Below the pieces are notes generated by a model that saw only the letters and a program-made list of their open reading frames with translations, was not told the origin of the DNA and searched no databases. A stretch of 64,000 nt of DNA from Planctomycetota bacterium (GTDB taxonomy: Bacteria; Planctomycetota; UBA1135; UBA2386), in assembly GCA_947501605.1 (NCBI GenBank), contig CANMWZ010000003.1, forward strand, positions 128,001 through 192,000, in the 5' to 3' direction. Positions 1 through 9,949 of this stretch are shown here, one piece after another. Positions within the stretch are counted from its first letter, which is position 1. Every line of letters begins with the position of its first letter. A program made the translations under genes and the position numbers.

Positions 1-517
1 TCAGCAACAGCGGCAGATCGAACCAAACCGACTTCACGGCATCGCGGAAGTTGCGCAAGAGGAAGGTCTTCCCGACCCCGCTCGGGCCATGGAAGACAAA
101 CAGGGCGGCCTGCAGTTCGCGCGGCGCCGGCGCCGAGTTCGGGGCAAGCCGGTCGCTCGGAACCTGCGATTGCGCCAGGCTGCGGAGCACGAGCCAAGCA
201 GTCCGGTTGCCGTCATCCACCACCGGTTGCTGCGGGGAGACATCGAGCGCTTGGAGTTCGCGCCCCTCCTCACCTTCCTGCAGTTCGACCTGCACGGCGG
301 TCCCGATCTCGCGCGACAGGATCTCCTGCAGCATCGGCCGGAACAGTCGCTGCACGCGATCGCGGACCATTCGGCTCTTGGCTTCGAGGTAGACCACGCC
401 GCGTTCGAGCAGCACCGGCCGCAGTTCACCGAGCCACGCCTGGTAGGCCGCGTCGCCCGCTGACCGGCGCAGGGCCTCCTGCACGTTGGTCCAGCTGAGC
501 TTGAGCAGATCCAGCAT
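1..517 (-). CDS. Divergent DnaA-like replication initiator / AAA+ ATPase (5' part only, runs off the window edge)
   Basis: Not in the ORF track; translated manually from ATG 517: MLDLLKLSWTNVQEALRRSAGDAAYQAWLGELRP (DnaA domain I-like), PVVDDGNRTA (cf. FVVGxxNRxA), LFVFHGPSGVGKTFLL (Walker A). Confidence 0.75.
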   Translation of the reverse strand, partial: MLDLLKLSWTNVQEALRRSAGDAAYQAWLGELRPVLLERGVVYLEAKSRMVRDRVQRLFRPMLQEILSREIGTAVQVELQEGEEGRELQALDVSPQQPVVDDGNRTAWLVLRSLAQSQVPSDRLAPNSAPAPRELQAALFVFHGPSGVGKTFLLRNFRDAVKSVWFDLPLLL

Positions 518-633
518 CGGGGTCAGGTCCGGGGTCAGGGCAGGTTCGAAGCGAGCTGGGAACGCCGCAAGCTAGATGCCCGGGACGGAAGAGGCAAGCC
601 TGCAGTCGTCGTCCGCGCAGCACCGTCCAGCGT

Positions 634-3597
634 TCAACGGTCCTGCCATTCGAGCAGGAGCGCCCGGGCCTCGTCGGCTGCCTTGGTGGCAGGAAGTTCG
701 GCCACGACGCGAGTGGCGAGGGCTCGGGCCCGTTCGAACTCACGGCCCTCGGCGCGCAATCTTGCAGCCAGCAGCAGCAGCTCACCGCGCTCTTCGCGCT
801 CGCCCGGTTCCTCGGTCGCTGGCCGCTCGGCGCCACGGGCAGTGTACTTGCGATCGAGCACCGGCGACACGGCAGCCGCAACCTCGTACTCACGCGCAGC
901 CTCGGGGGCGCGGCCGAGTTTCACCAGGGCGTCGCCCATCCGCACGTGCTGCTCGCGTCGGAACGGATCGATGCGGTTGCACTCTTCGAGGTACCGCAGT
1001 TCGGCCTCGCGATTCCCCGCTTCGCGTTCGAACTCGGCGAGCAACCATCGCGGTGCGTAGGCACGCGCCGTGCGGCGGCAGTAGCTCTTGAGCTCCAAGA
1101 GACTGCTCTCGCGCCGATCCGTCTCGCGGTAGAGGCGCGCCAGCAGCAACTCGGGTGCATTGTCCTGCTCGGTGCAGTTGGGCCAGCAGGCCTTGGCGGA
1201 CTGAAACTGCCGCTCGGCACCCTCCTCGTCGCCTGTTGCCAGCAGCGCGCGGCCAAAGGCGATACGCGAGTCGAAGTCGTCGGCTCCGGCGGCAAACCCG
1301 CGAGTCCACGCCTCGAGCGCTTCGGGCATCGAGTTGCGCATCGCCAACAGCGAAGCCCGCACCAGCAAGGCACGACCATTGTCGGGTTCACGCTGCAACA
1401 CCAAAGCAAGGTGAGGACCGGCATCGACCGGATTCCTGCGCTGCACGAAGGCCCACGCCAGATCGATGCGTACTTGTAGGTCGCTCGGTTCCTTGGTCGC
1501 GCGCGTCAACAGGCGGTGAACGGCCGCATCGTCGAAGTGCGGCACCAGCTTCATGCCGCGCAGCTTCTCCTTGTCCACGAACTCTAGGAACTGCTGGTCG
1601 AACGTTGCCGACGAGATCCCCAGCGCGCGTTGGAACGCTGCTTCGTTGTCCAGATCGTCACCAAAGGCGCGGAGCAGTTCGATCGCTTTCGCAAAGCCGA
1701 AGTCTCGCGCAATCAGGTCGACGATCAACCCACCCTGGTAGTAGCCGAAGAGAATGCGCTCGCCGCGAAACAAGCGATTGAGTAGACGAACAGGCGGGAT
1801 GTCGCGGTTGTGGAACGCGTCGAACAACTCGCGGTCCATGCCGCGTTCGAAGGTGCGATCCCGCTCCTTCTCCTCGTGCACCGAGAAACCTTCGGTCAGC
1901 CAACGGGGCACACGGTGCTTCGATACTCCCAGGGTCAGCACGTGCGCATACTCGTGCCACACCGTCGCCTCCCACATGAAGTCCTGCTTGCGCAGATCGG
2001 TGTCGCCAGGGGACACCAACGTGAGGAACGGGCCGAAGCACGCGCCGAGCGCGGTGAAGCCACGAAAGCCGATCGTCCGCACCGAGAAGTCATCCCAGGT
2101 ATGGAACACCTCTACCGCGACCTTGCGGTCCGGTTGGTATTGGTACTTGCTACCCAGCGTCGAGAACGCTTCGAGGCACAAGGGCATCAAGTACTCAAGC
2201 ATCACGTTGCGGTCGTCGCGATGCACCGACACGACGAAGCGCTCGTTCTCGACCCGATCGTACTGTTCGTCGAGCAGTTGCTGCACCGCGAGCGCGTTGG
2301 TGCGCCAAGGGTCGACGTAGCCAGCGTCCTTTGCCTTTGCGCGCAGCAGCACCTCCTTGGCGCGGGCGCCCTGGCCGGTGTAGATCAACGCCTTGGCGAG
2401 ACCGTGCAACGACGGCACGTCATCTGGCTCGGCGGACAGCGCGGCTTCGAAAAAGGGAATCGAGTCCGCGAAGCGATAGAGCGCCACGAGGTGTTCGCCG
2501 AGCACGCGGTCGACGTCCGGCTGCTTCTCGTCTCCCACGAGTGCGCGTTCGCGCCACTTCGCGTAGTCCTCCTCGTCGTGCAACAGCCAGGCAACGGCGG
2601 CGCGGTGGGCCAGAGCGTCCTTGTCGCGGCCATCGACTGCGAGCGCCTGGTCGAGCACCTCGCCGGCGTCCTGGTAGCGCCGGTCATCGAGCACCCGAGC
2701 CCCTCGCTGCACGATGGCCGCGACGCTGCGGGGATTCTGGCCGAGCACCCGCTCGAGAAGCCGCTCGGTCTTGCCGCCATCGAGGACGAAGTTGGACGAC
2801 CGCAGTCGGTAGAGCCACAGCAGCGCCTCCTCGACGTCGCCGTGTTTCTCGAGCACGGTGTTGAGGTCGCGCTCGCCACTGGGAAATCCACGAGCCTCAC
2901 CGTAGACCTGAAAACGCAAGATGCCGAGAGTCATGCGCGCGAGCCACAAGTCAGGCTGCAGTTCGAGCGACCTCACGAGATCGGCACTGGCGGCCATGAC
3001 CTCCTCGGGCCCACCAAGCCGCCAGCGACAGCGCGCCTGATGCGTCAACTGCAAGGCGTCCGTGGGCGCCGGCAACTTGCCCGCCTCGCTCCAGATGGCT
3101 CGCGCGTTCTTGCGCTTGCCCATCGCCCACTCGATCTCGCCGAGTTCGTAGCGAGCCTCCAAATCCGCAGGCTCCTTCGTCCGGATCTCCTGCCAGAAGG
3201 CCGCCGCTGCTTCGTACTGGCCAACCGCTCGTAGAGCACGCGCGAGCAATGCACGCAGATCGCGACGCTGTTGCTCCTGTTCGGGCAGGTCGCGAATGGT
3301 GTCGATGACCTGCTGGTAGAGACCGCGGCGAAGCTCGATTGCCAGAACGCCAGCGCGAGCCGAGAGCAGCACCGCAGCAGTCGGGCGATCGCTTTCGTTC
3401 GCCTCTTCGCGCGCGTCGAGAATCTCCTGGAACGAGTTCTCTGCCGAGCGCAGTTCGCCCTTGGTCAGAGTCTTCTGTGCATCCTGCAGCAGGATCGTGA
3501 ACTCGTTCTCTGGATCCTGCGCCCTCAGCAGGGCGACGTTCGCGACGAAGATTGCCGACGCGAACAGCGCCGCCCGGACCTGGAACCGCAATGCCAT
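634..3597 (-). CDS. Secreted TPR-repeat protein with central peptidase MA-like (gluzincin) domain
   Basis: Signal peptide; many TPR-like helices on both sides of HEYAH...VPRWLTEGFS. Confidence 0.8.
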   Translation of the reverse strand: MALRFQVRAALFASAIFVANVALLRAQDPENEFTILLQDAQKTLTKGELRSAENSFQEILDAREEANESDRPTAAVLLSARAGVLAIELRRGLYQQVIDTIRDLPEQEQQRRDLRALLARALRAVGQYEAAAAFWQEIRTKEPADLEARYELGEIEWAMGKRKNARAIWSEAGKLPAPTDALQLTHQARCRWRLGGPEEVMAASADLVRSLELQPDLWLARMTLGILRFQVYGEARGFPSGERDLNTVLEKHGDVEEALLWLYRLRSSNFVLDGGKTERLLERVLGQNPRSVAAIVQRGARVLDDRRYQDAGEVLDQALAVDGRDKDALAHRAAVAWLLHDEEDYAKWRERALVGDEKQPDVDRVLGEHLVALYRFADSIPFFEAALSAEPDDVPSLHGLAKALIYTGQGARAKEVLLRAKAKDAGYVDPWRTNALAVQQLLDEQYDRVENERFVVSVHRDDRNVMLEYLMPLCLEAFSTLGSKYQYQPDRKVAVEVFHTWDDFSVRTIGFRGFTALGACFGPFLTLVSPGDTDLRKQDFMWEATVWHEYAHVLTLGVSKHRVPRWLTEGFSVHEEKERDRTFERGMDRELFDAFHNRDIPPVRLLNRLFRGERILFGYYQGGLIVDLIARDFGFAKAIELLRAFGDDLDNEAAFQRALGISSATFDQQFLEFVDKEKLRGMKLVPHFDDAAVHRLLTRATKEPSDLQVRIDLAWAFVQRRNPVDAGPHLALVLQREPDNGRALLVRASLLAMRNSMPEALEAWTRGFAAGADDFDSRIAFGRALLATGDEEGAERQFQSAKACWPNCTEQDNAPELLLARLYRETDRRESSLLELKSYCRRTARAYAPRWLLAEFEREAGNREAELRYLEECNRIDPFRREQHVRMGDALVKLGRAPEAAREYEVAAAVSPVLDRKYTARGAERPATEEPGEREERGELLLLAARLRAEGREFERARALATRVVAELPATKAADEARALLLEWQDR

Positions 3598-3657
3598 GCA
3601 ACCACGATAGGACGCCAGACCGCACGGGTCGAGTCGCCAACACGATCGTTCGACTCG

Positions 3658-5013
3658 CTACTGCAGCCCGTACTCGCGAATCTTGCGGTAGAGAGTTCGC
3701 TCGCTGATGCCCATCGACTTCGCCGCCTTCTGCCGGTTGCTCTGGCACAGTTGGAGGGCGACGCGAATGTGGTTCTGCTCGACCTCCTGCTGCGTGTGCC
3801 CGGCGAGGAACTGCCAACTGTCCTGCCCGACCTGAAGCGGCGCCCAGATTTCGGGCGGAAGGTCGTTGCGGGTCAGGATGTTGCCGCGAGCACGGACGAC
3901 CATGGACTCTATGGCGTTCTTGAGTTCGCGAACGTTTCCAGGCCAGTCGTACTGGACCAGCGGCACCAGCGCGTCGCGGTCGATATGCTCGACGCCCTTG
4001 CCGTGCAGCTGCGCGAAGTGCTTCAAGAAGTGGTCGATCAGCAGCTTGATGTCCGCACGCCGCTCGCGCAGTGGTGGCAACTCGATCGTCACCACCTTGA
4101 GGCGGAAGTACAGATCTTGGCGAAACGAGCCGTCCTTGACCTTTTGCAGCAACTCCGCGTTGGTGGATGCGAGCACGCGCACGTCCACCGGGCGCATGCG
4201 GTTGTCGCCCAGGCGCGCAACCGCGCGCTCCTCGAGGACACGTAGCAGCTTGACCTGCGTCTGCAGCGGCATGTCCCCCACCTCGTCAAGCAGCAGCGTG
4301 CCGCCGTTTGCGTACTCGAACTTGCCTTCGCGATCGGCAACGGCACCGGTGAAGGCGCCCTTGATGTGACCGAACAGTTCGCTCTCGATCGTGCCCTCGC
4401 TCATTCCCCCACAGTTGATCGGTACAAACGGCTTCTGATGGCGAGGCGACAGCTTGTGCATCGCATGCGCGATCAACTCCTTGCCGGTGCCGGATTCACC
4501 GAGGATCAGTACGGAGGCTGCCGTAGGCGCGATCTGGCGCACGGTGTCGAGCACGCGGCGCATGCGCGGGTCCTGGCCGACGATGCCCTCGATGCCAAAC
4601 GATCGCTCGAGCTGCCCGCGAAGATCGTCGTAGCGCAGGTCCTTCTGGTGGTCTTCGAGACACTTCTTGACCTTGGTGCGCAGGTCCTTGAGGTCGACTG
4701 GCTTCTCGACGTAGTAGGTGGCGCCCTTCTCCATCGCCTGCACGGCGACGTCGCGGCTACCGTGACCGGTCAACATCACGACGCGGCAGTTGGTGTAGCT
4801 GTCCCGCGCGGCTTGCAGCACGGCAAAGCCGTCGAGGTCCTTCATCACGAGGTCGGTGACGACCACTGCGAAACGACGGTTCTTCAGGATCTCGACGGCC
4901 GCGCGACCGCTATCGGCCGCGGTGATCTCCACCGGCAGGCTCTCCAGCGCAGCGACGAGTGTCTGCCGCAACGCGTCGTCATCATCGACGACCAGGATCG
5001 GATCCGTAGTCAT
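3658..5013 (-). CDS. Sigma-54-dependent response regulator (NtrC/AtoC family)
   Basis: Receiver ILVVDDD...TDLVM; AAA+ [32 protein letters not shown]-terminal Fis HTH ([12 protein letters not shown]). Start at MTTDPIL. Confidence 0.95.
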   Translation of the reverse strand: MTTDPILVVDDDDALRQTLVAALESLPVEITAADSGRAAVEILKNRRFAVVVTDLVMKDLDGFAVLQAARDSYTNCRVVMLTGHGSRDVAVQAMEKGATYYVEKPVDLKDLRTKVKKCLEDHQKDLRYDDLRGQLERSFGIEGIVGQDPRMRRVLDTVRQIAPTAASVLILGESGTGKELIAHAMHKLSPRHQKPFVPINCGGMSEGTIESELFGHIKGAFTGAVADREGKFEYANGGTLLLDEVGDMPLQTQVKLLRVLEERAVARLGDNRMRPVDVRVLASTNAELLQKVKDGSFRQDLYFRLKVVTIELPPLRERRADIKLLIDHFLKHFAQLHGKGVEHIDRDALVPLVQYDWPGNVRELKNAIESMVVRARGNILTRNDLPPEIWAPLQVGQDSWQFLAGHTQQEVEQNHIRVALQLCQSNRQKAAKSMGISERTLYRKIREYGLQ

Positions 5014-5029
5014 GCCCAGTTCTCCGTGT

Positions 5030-5770
5030 TCATGCCGGTCCGTTCGCGTCGGTTGGGTTGCGCCACGGCCACCGCATTGTGAACTGCGTGCCTTTGCCAA
5101 CCTCGGACGTGAAGGTCAGCGTGCCGCCATGCTCCTCGACGACACGGCGAACGGTCGGCAAGCCGAGTCCGGTTCCGGTCTTCTTGGTGCTGAAGTAGGG
5201 TTCGAAGATGCGCGATTGCAGCTCAGGGGCGATGCCAGATCCGGTGTCGGTGACGCGGATCAAAACGTCGTCGCCATCGCGCAAGCTCGACACCAGGACT
5301 TGCCCCCCGGCAGGGGTTGACTCCCCGGCATTGCGCAGCAAGTTGACTACCGCAGCCTGAAGGTGATCCCAGTCAGCCGGGATCTTGCCCACGCCACCCG
5401 GATAGAAGCGCAACGAAACGCCGCGCTCCGTCAGTTCAGGCGCATGGAATTCGACGACCGCCTGGATCCGCTGATCGAGGTCGACGGGCGAGAGCTTCGG
5501 CTCCGGCGAACGGGCGAAGCTCAGAAACTCCTCGAGGATCTTCTGCAGCCGCCGGACTTCCGCCTCGACGGTGCCGATCCGCTTCTGCGTGCGCCTGTCG
5601 CGCGTCGTCTCCGCGTCTTTGAAGTCCTCGAGTACCAGCTGCAGGTTCAGCCCGATGGTGCTAAGCGGGTTGCGAACCTCGTGGGCAAAGCCCGCCAGCA
5701 GTGCGCCGAGCTCGGCGAGGCGCTGCGTGCGGATCCTCGCTTGCCGTTCCTCGCGTCCTTGGTTCTGCAT
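5030..5770 (-). CDS. Cytoplasmic histidine kinase (HisKA + HATPase only)
   Basis: H-box AHEVRNPL, N-box NLLRNA, DTGSGI, FEPYFSTK, GTGLGL; no sensor or TM domain. Confidence 0.9.
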   Translation of the reverse strand: MQNQGREERQARIRTQRLAELGALLAGFAHEVRNPLSTIGLNLQLVLEDFKDAETTRDRRTQKRIGTVEAEVRRLQKILEEFLSFARSPEPKLSPVDLDQRIQAVVEFHAPELTERGVSLRFYPGGVGKIPADWDHLQAAVVNLLRNAGESTPAGGQVLVSSLRDGDDVLIRVTDTGSGIAPELQSRIFEPYFSTKKTGTGLGLPTVRRVVEEHGGTLTFTSEVGKGTQFTMRWPWRNPTDANGPA

Positions 5771-5842
5771 GGGGAGCCGAGCGACCATAGATACTGGGAG
5801 GAGGCGAGTCAAATCGGCAGGCCCTCGCTATCTTGCGCCGAA

Positions 5843-6940
5843 ATGCCAGCCCGACGGATCGAGCTTTCCCGATCGCGCAGCCAGGAGGTGATCGCCAACA
5901 CCGCCGAGTCGCTGCGCCGGGGCCAGCTCGTGGCGCTCCCTACCGAGACCGTGTACGGCCTCGCGATGCGACCTGGCGACGCCAACGCGGTCGCGAAGGC
6001 GCAGGCGCTGCTTGGCTCCAACCGAGGCCGACCGTTTGCGACCTACCTGGCCGACGCATCGGCGGCTGAGGCCCTCGCCGACGTCAGCGACCCGCGGGTA
6101 GGCCGGCTCTGTGCTCGCTACTGGCCCGGACCCCTCGCGCTTTGGTTGCCAAGCAGGTCCGGCGGCACGATCGAACTTTGCGTGCCGGCGCACGACTTCA
6201 CCCGCGCGGTCATCCGGGCGGTCGGCGAGCCAGTGTGGTTTGCGCCGCTGAAGGTCGGCAATGAAGCGCCGCTGTGCGACCCTGCGACCATCGAAGCCCG
6301 CTTCGGTGCGCAACTCGACCTCCTGCTCGACGCCGGGCCGACGCCGCTCGGAAACACCGCGACCGTGGTGCGCTGCACCGGCGCGGAACTCGAAGTGCTC
6401 CACGAGGGGATCTTGTCGCGGGCCGAGATTCTGGCCACGGCCGCGAGCACCGTGCTGTTCGTGTGCACCGGCAACACCTGTCGCTCGCCCCTGGCAGAAG
6501 TACTGGCGCGCGAGGTGGTCGCCAACGCGCTCAACCTCTCGGTCGGGCGGGTCGCAGCGCGCGGATTGCGCTTCCAAAGTGCCGGCACGGGCACGATGAA
6601 CGGTGTCCCCGCCAGCGAGGGCAGTATGGCGGCGGCGGCCGAAGTCGGTCTCGACCTGACTTCGCACAGCAGCACACAACTGCAGAAGGATCTGGCCCTG
6701 AAGGCGACGCGCATTCACTGCTTGTCGAACTCGCATCTGCTCACACTGCTCGACCTCGTCCCCGAGGTCGAGGACCGCGTCTCCTTGCTGCGACCTGACA
6801 ACGAAGACATCGCCGACCCCTACGGCGGCAATCTGAAGACCTACCGCCAAGCCCGCGACCAGATCGCGGCAGCGGTCACTTCGCGCCTGCCCGAGTGGCT
6901 CGCGCTGTTGCCGAGGATTGCTCAAGAGCCGTCGCGCTAG
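5843..6940 (+). CDS. Fusion of Sua5/YrdC (TsaC)-like domain and low-molecular-weight phosphatase (YwlE-like)
   Basis: N-terminal ALPTETVYGL, YWPGPL; C-terminal VLFVCTGNTCRSPLAE and DIADPYGG. Confidence 0.9.
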   Translation: MPARRIELSRSRSQEVIANTAESLRRGQLVALPTETVYGLAMRPGDANAVAKAQALLGSNRGRPFATYLADASAAEALADVSDPRVGRLCARYWPGPLALWLPSRSGGTIELCVPAHDFTRAVIRAVGEPVWFAPLKVGNEAPLCDPATIEARFGAQLDLLLDAGPTPLGNTATVVRCTGAELEVLHEGILSRAEILATAASTVLFVCTGNTCRSPLAEVLAREVVANALNLSVGRVAARGLRFQSAGTGTMNGVPASEGSMAAAAEVGLDLTSHSSTQLQKDLALKATRIHCLSNSHLLTLLDLVPEVEDRVSLLRPDNEDIADPYGGNLKTYRQARDQIAAAVTSRLPEWLALLPRIAQEPSR

Positions 6941-7018
6941 CGCCGGGGGCTCGGCAGTGGCCGGGTGCGAAGCCGCCGCGCGCCCAGTTGCCGCGCGCGC
7001 GCCCATCGGGGCAGTCAC

Positions 7019-8068
7019 TCACCAGCGCAGCAGCAGGAGTTCGCTGCAGAAGCCTGGCCCCATCGCCAGCATGATCCCTGGACTGCCAGCCGGCGGCCGC
7101 TTGCGCGCCATCGTGTCCTCGAGAATCAGCAGCACGGAAGCACTCGACAAGTTGCCGACGCGAGCCAGGTTTTCCCAGCTGCACGAAAGCTCTTCGTCGG
7201 CAAGCCCAAGACCGTCCTGCAGCGCCTGCAGCACCTTGGGGCCACCCGGGTGACAAACCCAGCTTCTCACGTCGGCGCGCTTCAAGCCGCGGCTCGACAA
7301 GAAGGCGTCGACGTCGCCCGGCACCCGTTCTTGCGCGACGACCGGAACCTGCGGCGACAGCACGATGCGAAACCCGTGCGCGCCGATGTTCCAACCCATC
7401 ACATCCTCGGTATCGGGATAGAACACCGAGCGGGTCGCTTCGATCGTGGGCCCATTCGCTTCGCAGTCCTTACCGACGACGATGGCCGCGGAAGCGCCGT
7501 CGCCAAAGAGGCCACTGCTGATCAGGTTGGCAACCGAGGTATCGTCGCGCTGCAACGTCAAGGAGCAGAGCTCGACCGTGAGCACGACGGCCTTGCCGCT
7601 TGGCTCCCCGCGCACGAAGTCTGCTGCACGCGACACGGCAGCGGCACCTGCAGCGCAACCGAGGCCAAACATGGGGACGCGACGAACATCCGATCGCATT
7701 CCCATCCTGTTCATCAGCCGGGCCTCGAGCGACGGGCTCGCGAGCCCGGTCACCGTCGAGAAGAAAAACGCGTCGACGTCCTGCGGCCGCAAACTGGCGC
7801 GATCCAAGGCGGCCCGCACCGCCCGTTCCCCGAGATCCAAGGCGCAGCGGAGCCACGCGGCGTTGAAATCGGTGAAGTTCTTCAAGGCCCCATACTGCTC
7901 GATCGGCAGCGACAGATGCCGACCGCGCACGCGCGTGTTCTCGAACAGCTGCGGCAGGCGACGCGCAGCAGGCGCATCGGCGGCAAACACACCTTGCAGG
8001 TAGCGAGCGAGCGTCGCTTGGTCGTAGTAGTGTTGCGGCAGCGCGCTGCCAACGGCGGCGATTTTCAT
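7019..8068 (-). CDS. Type III polyketide synthase (chalcone/stilbene synthase family, SrsA/BpsA-like)
   Basis: Complete Cys-His-Asn triad: FGLGCAAG, CHPGG, GNLSS; also VELCSL, LFGDGASA, MGPGF. ATG overlaps the upstream stop (TGATG). Confidence 0.95.
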   Translation of the reverse strand: MKIAAVGSALPQHYYDQATLARYLQGVFAADAPAARRLPQLFENTRVRGRHLSLPIEQYGALKNFTDFNAAWLRCALDLGERAVRAALDRASLRPQDVDAFFFSTVTGLASPSLEARLMNRMGMRSDVRRVPMFGLGCAAGAAAVSRAADFVRGEPSGKAVVLTVELCSLTLQRDDTSVANLISSGLFGDGASAAIVVGKDCEANGPTIEATRSVFYPDTEDVMGWNIGAHGFRIVLSPQVPVVAQERVPGDVDAFLSSRGLKRADVRSWVCHPGGPKVLQALQDGLGLADEELSCSWENLARVGNLSSASVLLILEDTMARKRPPAGSPGIMLAMGPGFCSELLLLRW

Positions 8069-8802
8069 CAACGAAACCTTGGGATCATGTACGGGACAGA
8101 GCGACGGTAAGCCGCGAAACGCTCGCCATAGAGTGCCAACCAGCGACGTTCCTTGAAGCGCGGACCGACAGCACAGTAGCTGGACCAAGCCACCGTGAGC
8201 AGCAGCCAATCGAGGCTCCAGCACGGCGCGGTCCAAAGCACCAACGCAAAGCCTAGATAGATAGGCTGCCGACAGCGGGCGAACAGCCCCAGGGTCGGCA
8301 TGCCGCCATAGCGGACCTCGCGGCCCGACCAAACAGCCGTCCAGCCAGCAGCACCGGTCTGGAGCGATAGGCCCGCGTCGTAGAGCGCCTTCACCAGGAA
8401 CAACCACGCGCCCACAAACAGCGTGACGTGCATCGCGAACAACGCACCTTCTGCTCGGGGCCAGACCACACCGCTCGGAGTCCACAGCCAGAACGCCACC
8501 AACAACTGCAGGGAGGCCAAGGTCGCGTAGGTCGTCGTCGCAAAGCGTCCAGCACACCAGGGCGCGAGAGCACGCAACGCCGCACGGCCAGAACGACTGA
8601 GCATCCACGAGTGGAGCAGCGGAAACTGCATGATCAGCAGCACATCAACGACAACCGCGGTGGTGCCGCCAAAGGGACCACTCCAAAGCTGCAGCCCGGC
8701 CGACAACGAGAACGCCATCGAGCTGACGGCAGCCAAGAACATGCCGTGGCAAAGCAGCCCGAGGGTAAGGGCGAGCGCTCGTTCGCGAGTGCGCTGGCTC
8801 AT
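8068..8802 (-). CDS. Membrane methyltransferase, ICMT/MddA (nurim-like) family
   Basis: About 6 TM helices; LLHSWML; GLFARCRQPIYLGF; KERRWLALYGERFAAYRRSVPYMIP. Confidence 0.75.
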   Translation of the reverse strand: MSQRTRERALALTLGLLCHGMFLAAVSSMAFSLSAGLQLWSGPFGGTTAVVVDVLLIMQFPLLHSWMLSRSGRAALRALAPWCAGRFATTTYATLASLQLLVAFWLWTPSGVVWPRAEGALFAMHVTLFVGAWLFLVKALYDAGLSLQTGAAGWTAVWSGREVRYGGMPTLGLFARCRQPIYLGFALVLWTAPCWSLDWLLLTVAWSSYCAVGPRFKERRWLALYGERFAAYRRSVPYMIPRFR

Positions 8803-9524
8803 GCGTGTTCCTTCTGGAATCCCATGCAGTAGCCCACAGCAGTGCTGCGGCTCCGGCGCAGGGCGACAACACCCGATCGCAACGAGGCCCACAGCCGTGG
8901 GCTCTCACCGCCTTCATGCGTCTTGTGCAGCGCTGCGGCGCGGGCTGCGGCCATCAGCTCGGCGGGCGTGACGAACTGATCCGCGCAGTGGGTCCCGCGC
9001 GGAATCAGGCCGAGACCTTCGGCACCCCACACCGCGAGCACGCGTGCTCGCCATGTGCGATTGATCGTGTTGACGAACATCGCGCCGCCTGGGCGCAACA
9101 CGGCCGCCGCCATCGCCACGACCGCTGTGGGATCGTCGACGTGCTCGAGGACATCGTTGAGCAAGACCAGATCCGCCCAGCCATCCACGACGGGGCTCGC
9201 GTTCAAGTCACCGCAGACGAAGTGCACGCCGGCAATGCCCAGCGTTGCACCCTCGCGCACCGCCGGCAAGCAGCGATCCACCGCGATCACGCGCGCACCC
9301 TGCTGGGCGATCGGGACGGCCATGAGGCCACCACCACAACCAAAGTCGACAACGTTGCGGGGACCGCTGGCGCCAAACCAGTCGCACTGCCAGGCCCGCA
9401 GATACTCGAGCCGCACCGCGTTCACGGCGCGCAACGACGCATAGGTGCGGTTGTCCTCGGACCACCACCCGGGTGCCGCGAACACGTCCGTCGCCTGGGG
9501 CTGTTGCACTTGATTCCTGTTCAC
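8799..9524 (-). CDS. UbiG-like SAM-dependent O-methyltransferase
   Basis: WW...LRAVNAVRLEY, VVDFGCGGG, VLEHV, TINRT, IPRGTH. GTG start overlaps the upstream stop. Confidence 0.8.
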   Translation of the reverse strand: MNRNQVQQPQATDVFAAPGWWSEDNRTYASLRAVNAVRLEYLRAWQCDWFGASGPRNVVDFGCGGGLMAVPIAQQGARVIAVDRCLPAVREGATLGIAGVHFVCGDLNASPVVDGWADLVLLNDVLEHVDDPTAVVAMAAAVLRPGGAMFVNTINRTWRARVLAVWGAEGLGLIPRGTHCADQFVTPAELMAAARAAALHKTHEGGESPRLWASLRSGVVALRRSRSTAVGYCMGFQKEHA

Positions 9525-9949
9525 TCGAACACAACGCGCCGCAGAACCAAGGTGCCGCCGGGCACGGCGATGCGCAGCAGCTCTGGTGCAACCTCGGCCG
9601 ACAGCGCCTCGCTGCCGTCGAGATGCAGACCGTCTGGCGCGAGAGTCCACGTGCCCGACAAGGTCTGGAAGGCAACCCCATCGTCTTGCTCCACCAGAGC
9701 CGCACCGGAGTAGCGACCACTCGCTTGAAACCAGTAGTAGACCTTGCGCAACGACAGCGCCGCTTCGCCGCGCACTTCGATCGACTCGAACAGCCCGTGG
9801 AAGTCCGCCGCGGCGGCCGCGGTCCATACCGTTGTCGCAAGGGCGTCCTTTGCCACCACGGCGCGGTCCGCCGTCGCCACGACGTTCGAGCCGATGCAGC
9901 AGGGCAACAGCAGGAGTGCCGCCAGCACCGCGGTTGAACTAGCGCGCAC
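9521..9949 (-). CDS. Hypothetical small lipoprotein/exported protein
   Basis: Hydrophobic signal ending LLLLPCC; beta-rich body; overlaps both neighbours. Confidence 0.6.
   Translation of the reverse strand: MRASSTAVLAALLLLPCCIGSNVVATADRAVVAKDALATTVWTAAAAADFHGLFESIEVRGEAALSLRKVYYWFQASGRYSGAALVEQDDGVAFQTLSGTWTLAPDGLHLDGSEALSAEVAPELLRIAVPGGTLVLRRVVFE

Noticed and set aside
518..633. oriC next to the DnaA-like gene
   Set aside because: Short and GC-rich, with no TTATCCACA boxes or AT-rich unwinding element.
8799..9524. Assigning ubiG as a ubiquinone-pathway gene
   Set aside because: No other ubi genes are present and it is embedded in the PKS operon, so the symbol is withheld.
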